A stretch of DNA of 49,677 nt, counting the filler, from Sphacelaria rigidula (lineage: Eukaryota): NCBI GenBank assembly GCA_964200075.2. It is 3 parts of 3 records of this genome, joined end to end, with 100 filler letters (N's around TTAATTAATTAA, not from the genome) between each part and the next. Parts side by side here need not be neighbours in the genome. Positions count along the whole stretch, not along the records: positions 1 to 16,494 come from CAXNAA020001336.1; 2 more parts are not named here. One strand, written 5' to 3'. The notes under the pieces are model-generated. The model was not told where the DNA came from. It did no database searches and worked only from the letters and a program-made list of their open reading frames with translations. Position 1 is the stretch's first letter; each line of letters starts with the position of its first letter. Positions 1 to 13,639 of the stretch are shown in pieces. A program made the position numbers and the translations under genes.

Positions 1-103
1 TATCCCGAAAGCGGTAGACTGGCGCCCAGAATAAATGGGACGACAACACACACACTACAATATACCTGTTTCACCAAGGTTTCACACTTATTTTATTACG
101 GTA

Positions 104-190
104 GGCTGGACCCCTGGGGGGTCAGTTCAAGTGCGACAATCAATCAACCAACCAACCAACCAATCCATCGATCCATCGATCAATCAATCG
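104..190 (+). mobile_element. 3' tail of a LINE/SINE family ending in a (CAAT/CAAC)n microsatellite
   Basis: GGCTGGACCCCTGGGGGGTCAGTTCAAGTGCGAC followed by CAATCAATCAACCAACC; the same motif and tail recur at about 39391-39453, 42660-42715, 47505-47570 and inverted at about 43715-43790. Confidence 0.7.
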
Positions 191-674
191 GTAGGCAAAC
201 GTTGAAGTGACATAATATGAGTTGCGCTGCTATGGTACTCAATACTGGAAGAACTATCAACGTCATGCACCGCCTGTCTATGCGACGAGGTATCCTACAT
301 TCTCTAGGGGTGACGCCGAACCAGAGTCTACTGCAGGCTTGGTATAGCTCATAGATACCATAAGGTGCTCACAACGACACCTGTCAGGCTTCTTCAACGA
401 CGTTGAAACCTGTCCCCCCTGTAAGTTGCACCACTCAACAGAAATCAGTATACGTGCTTGTTGAACGTTGTATGCGCTTCACCTTAGAGAGCTCTGATAC
501 TTCCGGTCAGAAGTTTCTCGCCGTGTAAGCCTTCAGAGGAGAAGAGAACCGTAGATGTTGTCCTGAACTGGGTGCTCTGTCACCGTGCGTGTTAGCTAGC
601 AAGCGGCTTTCAAGTGCTCAGGCACAAACTATCGTGTCGAACCCGCCACAGAAAACACCTACGCCATCCCCCAG

Positions 675-3600
675 ACCCCAGAGCCTGAAGCGGCGGAATA
701 ACGAGTTTCGCCGCATTTTATGCTGTGCGGTCAACTGCACATGCTCTGAGTTTGTTGCTTCGCGATCGCTCACAAGATTGCCTTTGCCGCCGGCCAGAGC
801 AAGAAGAGCATGACTGAGGATATACATCGATGCGATGATATCGATCCCTTGGGAATCCTCGGAGAAAGAAACCGAGAGCACCAAGGACTCCGCGTCTCAA
901 TAGCTGAAGTTACGACGGAACCGCGAGGGAACATCCTCAGTGATCCACGAAGAGATCTATCAGGACGATCAGGAGATCCGCGAGATAAAATCGACGCCAT
1001 GTTGCAGCAATCCAAGGACGTGCGCGAACTAGTTTCCTCGCGACAGGTTAGCATTACAGAAGCCATATAAATTTGTACGTACGAAAGCTTCCCTGTGGTG
1101 TAGGTTCTATAGACGAGATCTCTGCTAATGAAAGACTGAAGGGGCGATGGCCGTGTGACCGAGTACGACGCGTGACTGGGGACGGCACGGAAGAAGTGAG
1201 GGAGCGAGCATTATTTCGAAAATATCATTTCTGCGAGTTCTATCGTCGCGCCAATGCAGTCCAAATTCAGGGTTACTTTTCGTTGTTCGTGTAAAATGCC
1301 TCAGGAAGAAGACGCACCAGGTGTTGATTGCGTCGAGTGCATCAACCAACCGACTGCCGGGAAACCAACCGACTGCCGGGTTCCTATCGATACTGTATAC
1401 CTGAGCACCCTACACTCGCATGCGCTTGTCTCAACCAAGTACCTCTACCCCTTTCCGTTCATGTTCGCCGTTTTCCCTACCACCCGCGGCTCATCCATCC
1501 GTCGTCGGTACATTGGCACGAAGGCGAGTGTCTTACATGCCTACAGTAACGAAAGCCGCGAGCTGGATAAGCAGTTGGCTCTCTTTCCCCCAACCTATCA
1601 CCAGTTCCTCGCCGTCCGCGCGAAGGCCACCTGTCGTCGAAGACAGCGGAGTGCAACCCTCGACACGGGAAGGAAGGACTCCCACCCGTCCTCGGTTAGC
1701 CACTCCTTGAATTTCCACCTCACCAATGGAGTGCATGTAGCAGATAGGAACACTGACTATCAGCACTTTGATCGTGTACATGACGACGTGATTGAGGGCA
1801 CCATCGACATGCAAAACTGCGGACCGAGCGTTGGGGTAGAGAGGGAAGCGCGACTAGATAGCGATTATTTCCATCGTGAGGAGGGGGTGGAGAGGGCTGG
1901 AGGTGACGACAGTGGCTACTGCAGTGCCTGGCCTGCTGGGCAGTCACCCCCGAAAAGCCACGTTGCTCTTGAAGATATTATCGAGAGTGTAACAACAGCT
2001 GAAGAATGTCGTAAAGTGAAGCGAGGTGGAGTCATGGACAGGAGGTGGAGTACACGAGCGAGGTGGGTGGCACGACTGGGAGCGGTTGGAACAGCACTAA
2101 AGGTTACAACGTGTAAAAGATTGCTGTACTGCCGTGAAAAATAGCCTTGCTATATTGTGCTAGTAATTTTCAGTCGGCTCTCGATCGTTGCAATACGGAA
2201 CTCATCTGCGCTATTGCCAAAAGAGAGAACCAAATCATTGACGGTTACATCGTCACTTGCTGCCCGACGACTTGCGTTGCTTCGGGAAGGCACAGCTCTG
2301 TGATGCGAAATGCTGCGAGCACACAGGCAATACAACTTGAGACTGAGTCACCACATGGCGAGCGGCCACGCACGCTAGGCCAGAAAAAATCCGGCGACCT
2401 GATGACCATGGATGTTGAGGCTCTCAGACGGAGCAAAATCCGGGGACGCGGTATGGTTTTTGCTCTCCTGGAGGCGTCTCGGGTCGAAGAGGAAGAAATG
2501 GTGATAGAACGCATAGGACGAATGGACGAGTAGAACAAGCACGTCATATGACCGGCATTCTTAAGTTTGCCAGAAAACCTTTCCAATTGGCTGTATTTAA
2601 ATTCGGGGAGTACTAAATAAATAGGCCATAGTGATCCACCATAACATACTTCGTATGTACTAGCCTGCCTCCAATACTGAAAGCGAGGGAAATGGGTCAG
2701 TTCTGGGTTTCCATGATTATTGGTCGGCCTGTATGCTTCCTTTTTTGTGTGGTGCTTCACATTATTTGCAGGAAGAAACCGTTTTCGGAGACTCGGCTCC
2801 TGCGGGCGAGGAAGGGAAACAACAGCGAAATGCCACGTTTAAACGGCTGGACGAAGCTAGGGTCAGAAATGCGAGAGAGGTGAGAGCGTTTCTGATCCCT
2901 GCAATTGGGAACACTCGACGCGGACATACATCATACGCGGGAGACTAGCGGCCGGGTTGGGGCGAGAAAGACGCCCTTAACCTAATCTGGTACGAGTAGT
3001 GGCCTGTCCATTATCGTTTTTTACGCTGTGACGCCACTCCCCATCACAGTAACCTTAGGTGATTGCTGGGAAAATATCACCTTACATCACAGTATACAGT
3101 GTTCACCTCCAGCCACATATCACCATCCTTTGAGTTGGAGTGGCGTTCGAACTCTGATTACCGGAGTTTGAGACCTGTTTTCGTATTTCACATTTGGAGC
3201 GACGATATAATCAGGTGGTGTCGGTACCCGCGGGACGCTATGTGTATCCAGTATTTAGCCCTGCAAATGGGTAGAGATTACGACAATTGCTGTATCCATT
3301 ACTGTATCCATGACCAGGCACAACCTATCCCGTTCTGTCGCCCGTCTCTCCACCGACTAGTGTCTCCTGCCCCCCCCCGCCGCCTCGCGCCGTGCGTGAC
3401 CAGTTTGAACTTCTCATGGAGGAGTACGATCCGCGTCCAAGTAACTGCAATCGAGAGTGTACCTTGGAAAAACTTCGTAAAAATTTACCGTGGCCCTCTC
3501 CCACACGATCAACGGCAACAGGTCGTGGGACAAATACTACCACGAATCCAGGAAGTGTGTCAGCACAAGATGTATCATGCATAGGCCACCGTGCATACGG

Positions 3601-6600
3601 GATGGTAGGAAAAGGGGTATGGAGGGACGAAACGTCTGGTACGAACCGTAGTCAACAAGAACCCCTTGGAGGAATCATGCAAAATAGTGCCAATATCGCG
3701 GGATTGGATGCTGAAATCACCCAGGGTAATGTAGACAGCGAAGTCCACAAAGCGGTGCGGGTGGAACACGACGACGCTGAGGGTCGTGTTGAACCGGAAG
3801 AGCCGGCGCAACCTGTTGTTGGCGAGGCTAAAAGCCACGGGATCGAGATGGTCGAACCGGCGAACGTCGCCAATGTTGGGGAGGGAAAAGTCGACGATTA
3901 TTCCAGATGTGTCTCGGACACGGACGTGCCGATACGTCCAACAACGGCGGCGGCAGACGTGGGGGTAGCAGGTTCTGGTGGAGAGGACAGCGACACAGCG
4001 CAAGGTGACCGAACCGGCGGCGGGACATTGACCATATTTCCAGTAGGAAAAGAGCGAGGCAGGAGCCCTCGGAAGGTGCGTCGAGGACCTGAGGTCGGAG
4101 AAAAGTTTCGTGCGTGGGCACCAGAGAGTAAGGCACTGTGAGCGGGAATGGGGCTTGTGAACTTAGCGTTCCTGCTTCAGATGAACTTCGAGGGTGTAGC
4201 TACTTTCACGAGTATCTCTGTGGTAGATCGCGCACGGTCTCTCCAAGGCGATGACATGTTAGGCAGCGGGTGTTGACTGACATTGTTCTTGCCTCGTTGT
4301 TCCCTTCCCTGTCGGAAGAAACCAACTCTGCCGGATCCGAACGCCATCAACGGTGCTGTAATGCAAGATCCTTTCAACATGGACCACATGAAGGCAAGTC
4401 GATGACTGACTACACATGAACTCTTGAAATTACGGCGGCCTAACGTGGGTTCAAAGCATCACTGACACTCATGGAAAGGCTTCTCTTGTGACCACCCTTC
4501 CAGTCATCAGAGGACGGTAGACGGCTACCATGTGCAGACGGCTACCATGTGCAGTGCCAAAAAGAAGGAGTCCCCAATCCCCTCTCCTCCATGTCGTAGG
4601 AAAAGAGGTCATGCAGCCAGGCAACAAGCACCATTTTGGGATCAAGATTTATTCTCCATCTTCAGTCATTTCGTGAGGACGAACGCACGGAGGACGGCGG
4701 ATGAAGCTTCATCATAACCACCTCTGGTCGTGCCCCCTCCATGTGTGCCCCAAATGTCCATGTCAATGAACCAGAATACTTTCGCCATGTTTGTAATGAG
4801 TCACTTAAAAAATGATAATAACGTGTACCACGTTTAGCATAAAGCACCCTCGCGATACAGCTCTTTTATACATACTACGCAAATCAAAATTCTTGCACAT
4901 TCCCCACCAGGTCTGATACTGCAGTTACAGGCGGTAACCGAATGCTGTTAGTTTGGGTAATGAAACAAGCTCTTACCATTTGAGTCCACTCGGGTTCAGA
5001 ATTTTGAAAATGCCTGGTGGCCTAGCTGCTTGGTTTTTGAGTCCCGTACCTCAAGCCTTTGTGCGCTAGAATACAACTTGGCGCGAGGGTCAATGTTAGG
5101 AGATACGACACCCTGTGTTTGCGATCAGAACCTTTTATCTTTCGCCGCGCTCCTGTTCTCAGGACCTTCCGGGTCTAGTGGGTGGCCACAGTGGCGATCT
5201 TAGCCTGCTCGTGTCAGAGGCGGTGAGCTACACGGATCCGGCGTTCCCAAACATGGAGTTTCATCGCCGCTCCGCAATGGATAAAGCTGGTTATTTCATG
5301 CCCGGATACAAGCTGAAGGCAAGCTCCCCCGTCTACTCACGTAGTATCGGCAGCCGCTTAGCATCACCACTGCTACACATGGTGATCGCTGTACAGAGCC
5401 ATACGGTGTTTGGCCACCATGTATTGCTATGGGTTGTGCATCCATGTCTGCGCCATATCAGTGTACATACGCGGTTAGTCAATTAACCTTACAAGATAGA
5501 ACCGACAATTTTGTCCACACAGCTTCGTCTGTCTGCTACTCCAACCTTTTTCGCGGCACAATGTACGTCAACAACAGGTGAGTTCTCCAGGTGCCGATGC
5601 CGGTGCTTACTGGTTGGAACGACGGCAGTCCTACCGGGTGAAGATGACCGACCCTGCGCTTTCACAGCACGGTCAGCATCATCACCCCCAGAGTAACCCA
5701 TCGAAAGCGAGGCATAATGGTCTAAGAAGAAGAATTCCCAGTAGTAACACAAGACTAAAAAGCAAAAACGCAAGCAGCGCTAGCCGCTGTTATGCAGGCC
5801 GACACAGCGGCACTAAAAGCAGTACGGCTGTAAGGAAGAGACCAGGAACTTACTCGTCGCTTCCGGAAGAATCGTCTCGAATGCGCATGCGAAAAGGAGG
5901 GAAGAAGGCGATGACACGCGGCAGGAAGGACGCGAGCGGGTCCAGTGTGCGAGATATCATACTTTAGCTTCGTCGTCTCTTCATACATGCATGCGCTTGA
6001 TTTTCAGTCACTGTAGATTAGAATCCGAAAGCTACCAAAAACAAAACTCATGTCAACCCATATTTCATTGAACAAGGCAAGTCGAGTACATACCCATGCT
6101 ACACGGTACTCAGAACCTACGAGGGCGCAAGGAAGGGCACATACTGAAACGCCCATCTTTTTGCCGTGTTGTGTGTTTTCTCAGCACTTTAGACACCCCG
6201 CGTGCATTCTGAAGCACATGTATTATTAATAACTCTCCACCCTTCCTCTCGACAAAAAACAAAAATCTCAAAGAACGAGCACCGGTGGCTATTCAAGCCT
6301 TCGTGCCATAGAAAATACTACACAATACACTAAACAATCAGAGTGTGCAGGGCGTCGATTTGCCTCAAACAGCACAAGACGGTTCATGTAGTTGAGTCCA
6401 CGCCGAAACAGAAGTCGACAGATGACAGCATCTTGACATCATTTTAACATACAGCACAACACATGACTTGCGAAATAGAAGGCATAGCTCCAAGTTACAT
6501 CTATGGCACACTGATGACAACCCTACAATACACGAGACGGCAGTAGCATGCACGCGCGAACACTGCGGGCAAGCACGCCACCCATTACAATGACTGACAC

Positions 6601-6787
6601 ACAACACCACGACTCTTCGAGGCACAACACAAATATCATTTTCTCTTGCATTTCAAGTCTGCCTGTGATACCACCACGCCACATAGACATGCTCATTTTG
6701 CCGACGAATAACGCCAGCCTACGAAGGCGAACAAAATATGGCATGTGCGACCTTGCCCTCATTCCCGAGCTAGATGCCTGGGAATAA
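675..6787 (+). pseudogene. Multi-exon gene of unknown function, probably disabled (gene 1)
   Basis: Candidate exons with AG acceptors and GT/GC donors in compatible phase: 675-1046, 1605-2102, 2772-2879 (tttgcag|GAAGAA...GAG|gtgag), 3404-4393 (GC donor gcaagt), 5163-5318 (GC donor gcaagc), 5523-5577 (gtgagt), 6718-about 6787. In-frame stops at 699, 747, 4139 and 4274 under this model. No recognisable domain. An alternative model simply ends at the TGA at 4139-4141. Confidence 0.45.
3404..4141 (+). CDS. Large exon of gene 1, low-complexity acidic/Gly-rich hypothetical protein segment
   Basis: C-rich tract then cag|TTT at 3404; open 245 codons FELLMEEYDPRPSNC...WAPESKAL; in phase with the exon at 2772-2879. 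Confidence 0.6.
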   Translation, partial: FELLMEEYDPRPSNCNRECTLEKLRKNLPWPSPTRSTATGRGTNTTTNPGSVSAQDVSCIGHRAYGMVGKGVWRDETSGTNRSQQEPLGGIMQNSANIAGLDAEITQGNVDSEVHKAVRVEHDDAEGRVEPEEPAQPVVGEAKSHGIEMVEPANVANVGEGKVDDYSRCVSDTDVPIRPTTAAADVGVAGSGGEDSDTAQGDRTGGGTLTIFPVGKERGRSPRKVRRGPEVGEKFRAWAPESKAL

Positions 6788-9700
6788 TATTCAAAATGCC
6801 GAGTGCCATCCTCCTTTCTGGTTGAAAAACAGTCGGATGCTTCTTCGCGTGACCCGTCACTTCTCAGGCCCCTACACTCCAGCTAGTAGATTGCATTTGA
6901 CATCAGTAGTATCACCAAACTAAAACAATCGGACGGCAGCCACTTCGTTCTTTCAAACAGCATATAACCGTCAAAAATAATCCTCCGTGCTGACTATCCG
7001 AGGTAGGGAAAAATCGTCCCCACGAGGTTATCGAGAAACACTCCTGCCCATTGGATCACCTGCTCACCGCACGCACAACTGAAACACATCACGCTCTGTA
7101 CAAAACAAACAACCCAACAATCACCAACAGAAACAAAAGCTGAGGATCCAGATGATCCCATCACGGTCGCCGACCGACTCATCAACGGCTACTAGGAACT
7201 AACTCCATCAAGTCATGAAGAAATGAAACGACCGTAATACATCAGACCTTGGGGTCATCTTGCCACCCCCACCTCATGTTGAACGCAAGTCTTACGAAAC
7301 CTTCCCCCGGTTCCCCCCTCGGGATAACGCTCCTCCCGCACACTACTGCGTGCTCCGCTTCGTTCCTGGCCGCGCCGCCGACCATTCCCCAGGCATCTAG
7401 CTCGTTGATGGCGAACTTAAACCTGCGATGTGCGATTCCAGTGATAAAAGGGAGGGGCGGGCAGCGGCCTGTGCTTCCTGCGCGAATTGTTTTTTTTGCG
7501 GTGCCTGTTCTGTCTGAGAGTGACTTCTGCAGGCTCGGCATCTACGCACGTACATGACTGCCACAAAAATCGATAAAAGCTGAATTATAGTACTCTGAAA
7601 CATATTTTCAAGCACGCCTTTCTTCATGACACTCTGTGCCTTGTCCAAAAAACTCACAGCTACAGGGTTACAGTAACCGACAGCAACCGACCAAAAAAAA
7701 CCCCGTACGAGCGGGTGTGCCGCGTTCTATTATGTATCACTGGGAAATTGCACGGTAGGGGTGCACTCTTCCGTCCATAAGTTCGCCGAGGCTGCAGGCT
7801 AAGCCCTAGGTATTTGTAGTCGAGAGGCTCCTACAACGAAGAGCCTCGAAAACAAAGTGCACTCCTACCATGGATTACTCAATTACCATCATGCTGGACA
7901 AGTACCAGCATGCCTTCTATCTACGGGGAGAACGGAAAGTTGACAGCACGTGCGGGGTGGTGACCGCGATCGACCCCCCCTCCCCCCCCCCGGTTCAACG
8001 TATGTAGCTCTTCTAATGAGAAGGTGTAAACCATCGAGCACGTTTGCACCCACATCTCGCATGCGCCCGCCCGCGCTCGTAATCCCCGCGCCCATCACTC
8101 CATGCCTTACCTTCCTTTGGTCTCGAATTTGGGTGGGAGCTGAATACGTCTCTCTCTTGCCGCGTCGATTGCTTTGCTCAGCAACTTCCCTTGGATTTGA
8201 AGGCACACGAACGCCTGCTCGGGCGATCTTAGCACCACCGTCCCGATTGTCTTGCCGTAACCACCGTTCTTGTTAGTGTCTTTGTGCTTCACCACGCTAC
8301 CAGGGAATGCAATAATGCCAGCTTCTTCAAACTCGTTCGCCTCTTCCTCTGGCACCCCCAGCGCGAGACGGCCTGAGGGCGCATTTAGGGAGGGGCAAGT
8401 GACATACCCAACGGTATAAAAAAAGAGTGATACTGACAGCCCACTTTAAGCAGCGGACGTCTACATGCCGTTTGAAGTAGGATAACAGGGGAACCCGACT
8501 TGACTAAATTGTTGATAGGGTGCACCCTGCTGCATGCTCGAAATACGCAGTCGACGAGACGAACCAGGGCATACACTGGAGGATGAGGGATAAAAGTGCC
8601 CCCGTGGTCCTTGTAACAACAGGTTTTCGACATTCCAACTTCACGAAGTGAATCTTGGGAACCCTCAGGGAGGGATGATTTTCCACCTATGCGTACCCAG
8701 ACCCCAGCAACACAGGTCCACCCAGGTATCACACTGATGAGCACAAGTCGGCGTGCTGAAATTACCCCAAATCCTACATTGATCTAGCTTCAGGGCTACC
8801 GTTCAATGTCAGTCGATCGTTTCCCACAGTACGGGGGAAGCAAAGGTACAAGTGAACTAGCCAATTTCGTTGAGCAAGGACGATGTCCAGCCGCACTACT
8901 TCCTACAACGCTGTGCCCAATAAGACTCTCCGTCGGCGTCATGATACCACACGCAACCCACACGACAACTATACACCTTTCCACCTGCCCCTGGCGAAAC
9001 ACAGTCTGGTGAACGAAAATTACCCTTGGCCATGAGACCCAGAGCCCACGGGCTGTTGTCCATGTTCCACTGCCAGTTGTGATCGCGGCGGCCGTGGCGA
9101 CGAGAGAAGTATTTGTCAGCCCCGAGGCCCTGTCGCAGAGGAGCACCAACGACTTTCCGCGCACCCCCCGGGCGTTCGGGACGGTGTTGACTCCCGCCCC
9201 CGCTCCATGCTTCTCCGATTCCAGCGCTACCTTTACCCTTCGCGATCCCGGCCTCTAGAAGAACCTGGTGGACATCGAGTCGCCCGGCGAAGGACTTGAG
9301 ATACCTGCAATCGTTCAGAATGTCACGTTGGCGTCAGTATTAGAGAACACTGCGTGTATGTTTGGTTGGCATATACTACTTGCCTACAAAGTACTTTTGT
9401 GGAATTATCCTGATACAAAGGTGTGGCTGCACATTATACAGCTGTGGGGAACAAATAAAGCCACGACTCGATGAATGCCACAAAAGGGCAAAGGGTGTGT
9501 CTGAAAGCTAGCAACTTACGCTACAGCTTCCGGTCTACTCAACCATCGTCCTCTCTCATAATTGATGTCACCAAGCCGTCACACCACCACCTTGTGCTGT
9601 AGTCAGGTCTGACGAATATATACGCACATACACAAATGAAGCAACACCGGTCCTCATCACATGCAGCGGAATTTTTCCACCTGGTCAAATACAATCGCGA

Positions 9701-10552
9701 CTTTTCTATACTGCACCTCAGGGACGGGCCAAATACATCACGCGGAAAGCTCCCCTCGGGCAGCAGTCCCGTCCGCTGGTCGAACAGACCCGTGAGAAGG
9801 TATACGTCAGCATCGCGCCCGGCACCCCACGATTTGGCGAACGCCTCCTCCGACGTTAAGTTTTTCCCCGCACGCTTGCGCTTGTTTCCCGTGTGCGGCA
9901 TGCACCACCCGCTCCAGCAGCCGAGACACAAGCCACACAGCTGTTGATCCAATCGAGGTCTGGGTAAAGCGGGCACGGGAAAGAGGAAGATGGGGGGAAC
10001 GAGATATGGACAGGGCGGTTTGTGACTGGACTCTGTGCTGTAAACCACGTAAACCACGAAACAAACATTTATCTGTTCCCTACTTGTACAATGAGTTAGG
10101 GGAGGGGTGTGGTTGGCTTACGCTGTCTAGTAGGCTTGAATGCACACGCAAACTGAACCGCCCTTGTTGCTTCCGCAACAACAAATGGCATCAACAGTCT
10201 CACGACAGATTGCCGTATTTTCTCGCAACCTATATCGTGAGACACGATGTTACCTAGACAAAATTATCAACCTTTACCTTCGATCAACAACAAAACACAA
10301 ATCAATCTGTCATCCTTCGTAACAGGATACCAAAAAAGCGAGATGCGTGTCGTGTCTTCGAAAACCCTGAACCCGGCTTTACTCGCGCTGTCATTATAGC
10401 CAACTGAGCCTGGCCATGGAACCCAACAGGCGAATCCGACTGCATACAATGATAGCCGACAACAAGACCCGTCGATGGAGCGTAAATAGTATACACGACT
10501 ACTTGACGTTATATACACAGCTGCTGACTGAATCCACAAAATTTCAGCACAC

Positions 10553-11868
10553 CTGTCGATCACGGACTGGGACGGCTCGTCGAACTTGTGAGGTCTGTCA
10601 ACACCGCAGCCGCACCTGCAATGCGTGCAGTACAGCGTGCGACAGGCCTCCTCCTGACCCGCCAGCGGGCACACCCTAGCGGCCACGTTGTTCACGCAAC
10701 TGCTGCCCGGCCGCCTACAATTGGAGCACATCCGGTGCCGGCTGCCGGTTGGTGTTGCGCAACAATTCGGCCGTCCGTTTTCGTTCACCCCGTGAGCCGC
10801 GTCCCTGCACAAACAGTGGTTGCAGACCACGTCTCTCTGGGGAGACGGGACAGGGCTTTGGCTACGGTGTTCTTCCTGTCCTTGTTCTTCCTCTTCAATG
10901 AAACTCTGCTCTTGCCCCTGTTGCTGCTGCTCGAATGGTTGCTGCTGCCCAAACGGATGGTGTTGATATTCGAATGGATGGTGCTGATATTCAAATGGAT
11001 TGTGCTGCTGCTCGAATGGGTGCTGGTGCTGGTCAAATGACTGGCGCTGCTGTTCAAATGGGTGGTGCGACTGTCCAAATGAGCACTGCTGCTGCCCAAA
11101 TGGGTACTGATGTTGTCCAAATAAGTACTGCTGCTCTCCAAACGGGTACTGCTGCTCTTCGAACGAGTACTGTTGCCGATCGTCATGCTGCTGTTCCTCC
11201 TGTTGATGCTCGAGCGGTTGATGTTGCGGCCGCTGTTGCGCATGTTCCGCGTGTTCCGGTGAAGATTGCGAGTACCGCCGGGATTGATGTTGATCCATGG
11301 ACAAGAACGTAGTACGGGGGAGGTCCTGCTGAAAGATGGGATCATTCCTGACCTTTAGCTGATTGATGGCGTCTTGGTGGTGGAGGTAGTGGTGCTGCGG
11401 TGGCGGCGGCGGCGGCTTAATTGCTGGCGCACTGATGCGTCCCCAAGATAAGGGGCTGCGTGTAAGTGTCGGGGATTCCCATCCTGCCACTGCGTTGCAA
11501 GTGTTGTTTCTGTCCATTGTGTTGGTCACTGGCCGCGTCTCGACATCCGCCAATCTGCTTGCCCGCTCACCCTTCCCAGCAGGATCTGCCGCTGCCCGAG
11601 GCTCCATTCTGATCACTGCCCCTTCTCCTACCTCCTCGCTCGCGTCAGTCCCCGTGGGAGCACTCTCACTTCTCTGGATAGAACGAGCGGGTGTCTTCCT
11701 TGGCTTTGCCTTCTTCCCTGCCGGTTTGGTCTCTCTCTCCCCTGAGCTTGCATCGTTCTTCGCGACCTCCCGTCGCTTCTCCAACTGTAGCTGCAGCTTG
11801 GCGCACGCAGGACACCGATTCTTTGCACGCCGCGCGTCTTCCTCCATCAACATCGCAGCACGCGACAT
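10553..11868 (-). CDS. Large exon of gene 2: CxxC and basic N-terminal part, poly-Pro, Q/H/F heptad repeats, Cys-rich C-terminal part
   Basis: Part of the 533-aa ORF 10267..11868; donor ag|gtgtgc at 10552; motifs CPAC, CNHCLC, CSNC, YCTHCRCGC. Confidence 0.7.
10925..11175 (-). repeat. Coding 21-bp minisatellite, about 12 units of QQxPF[EG]x
   Basis: Translation QQYSFEE QQYPFGE QQYLFGQ HQYPFGQ QQCSFGQ SHHPFEQ QRQSFDQ HQHPFEQ QHNPFEY QHHPFEY QHHPFGQ. Confidence 0.9.
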
Positions 11869-13639
11869 CCTGTCCTCCGTCGTTTTGTTGTGTCACTGCA
11901 AAAATGAGGAGTGAGGTCGCCGGAGGTTGCAATCAGATACCCAAGCGCGTGTGTCTTGTATATTTGACGGTTTCAAGCGCTGGCCGTGGACTGTTCGTCT
12001 ATCGACGTGTGTACTGACTACAGTCTGCCCTTGGTTTCGGGTGTTCGTCCTTTACAGTTTTTTATGCTCAGGCAGAAGGAACGAAGGAAGAAAACCTGCT
12101 GTTTCCAGGCAAAATGTCATGGTAATCCACAATCCACTCATCCTCACATCTTCTGCATGCTGCCAAGTACGTCTCTCAGTACGCTTGCGCGAACAACTCG
12201 CCTGCCCAGACACGCTATTAACAGGATCTGTACCTTTTGTAGTTCACTCGTTGAACATAGGGTGCATTATGGTAAACTTTCTGTGCCTGGCATACAGAGA
12301 GGGATGCACGCCATTGCGTGCGTGGAGTACAGCGACGTGTGGACTACTCTACGGAGCAGCGCGCATGAACAGCCTCGCGGTTTCTGTACGCGTAAATATA
12401 TAGCAGCTTGGGTAAGCGGATCGTGGAAGGCACGCAGAGCCAGACCTGAGAGTCCGCGGGGGGCGGGGGGAGAGCACGACAACCATGTATGGGGAATCAA
12501 GATTCGGCACTGATTGCAAAATACATCTGTACATATTCCCACGTTCACATAAGCTACCGATGAAATGATCCACAGTGAGCAACCGTTTAAAGGCAGCTGG
12601 CAACATGTTGTTAGGACCGTAAAGTACAACGGTACAGGGCAGTCGGATGTGCGACACACTGCTAGGCACAGACAGCGCAAGTTCAGTACTGTGCACACCA
12701 TCAGATACAGCAGGGAACATGAAAGCGAAGCGGTAAACTGAGCGCCCAAAGAGCAAAAACCCCGCCACCCTCCGTGTAAGACTCCGCTTGTGGTGAGGGA
12801 AGTTGTTAACCTCTCACCTGCCTACGTCTCACTCACTACACTGATGTGCTGTGCTACGGTCCCCTGACTCTTGTTTGGGTGCTCCCCCGCTGTCTGAGAT
12901 TCTGCCTCTCCGCAGTCTCCAGGACACCAAAATTACGATCTGGCGACACCTCTAGTGAGAAAACAGATCTCCTTTGCCTGAAAGATAGCTTCCCATCCAC
13001 TGACTAACCATACAATGCCGATCTCGCAAATTCCACAGGATTTACGCGTTCGTCGTATATGGTATCCACTCGTACAGTAGTGCTCTCCTGTAGCGACCTG
13101 TTTGCTGTGTTTCTGGATGCAAAAAGATGTCACAACAACGTTCAGACCCGCGGTGCAAGCACGGTGTTCTTAGATCCATTGTTGAGGACTAGAGAAGAAA
13201 AAATGCTGTTCACTATGCGGAGTTTGATTTAACGGGGTGACTTGTCAATATTTATTTTGATTGTTCGAATTCATTCCAAGTAGTTTACAATGCTGTAGGA
13301 TCCGAGGTCACGCTACGCACATGCTGATGCACATGTATGTAGTTTCCTACGTGGAATACAATGCAGTAGTATAACAACCTGTCTGATTCCGAGTCACGTT
13401 CTATACCACCCCTACACAAGAAGACACGGTGGAGTCAAAATACTCGATATAGCATGTAATCTCAACTATGCTGGTGTTTGATTATAGTACGAATCCATAG
13501 CTATCTCATCAAAGAACTCTAAACTGGGTCATGTTTCGCAATTAGACAAACTGGCGATGGATATTTCCAAAATCTGGCACATGTTGCACAATTCAAGTGG
13601 CCATGTTCTATTTTGGGATCTGAAACTGGAAACTAAAAA

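Larger units (their letters stand above)
7273..11895 (-). pseudogene. Multi-exon gene of unknown function with Q/H/F-rich repeats and a Cys-rich region, apparently disabled (gene 2)
   Basis: Minus-strand exons 11895-10553, 9959-9717, 9264-9024, 8372-8111 and 7422-7273 with AG/GT ends. Phases join (IDR|PRLDQQLCGLC; PSLR|FF*RPG; LMAKG|RLALGVPEE; TKGR|FKFAINELDAW) only if a TAG at 9255-9257 and a frameshift near 9065 are accepted. Confidence 0.55.

Noticed and set aside
1345-4552. Short perfect tandem duplications (about 19 bp near 1345-1380; 17 bp at 4519-4552)
   Set aside because: Ordinary slippage duplications in intronic sequence with no further structure
7130-7557. Plus-strand stop-riddled reading frame as a continuation of gene 1
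   Set aside because: Better explained as the antisense of the minus-strand exon 7422-7273, which has proper splice sites and phase
10560-10830. EsV-1-7 repeat or endogenous phaeovirus origin of the Cys-rich region
   Set aside because: The spacing lacks the conserved C-x2-H ending; the genes are intron-rich and no viral hallmark gene was recognised
10588-12017. Plus-strand ORFs 10588..11040, 10935..11312, 11435..11914 and similar short ORFs across the track
   Set aside because: Antisense shadows of real exons or of low-complexity and TE sequence
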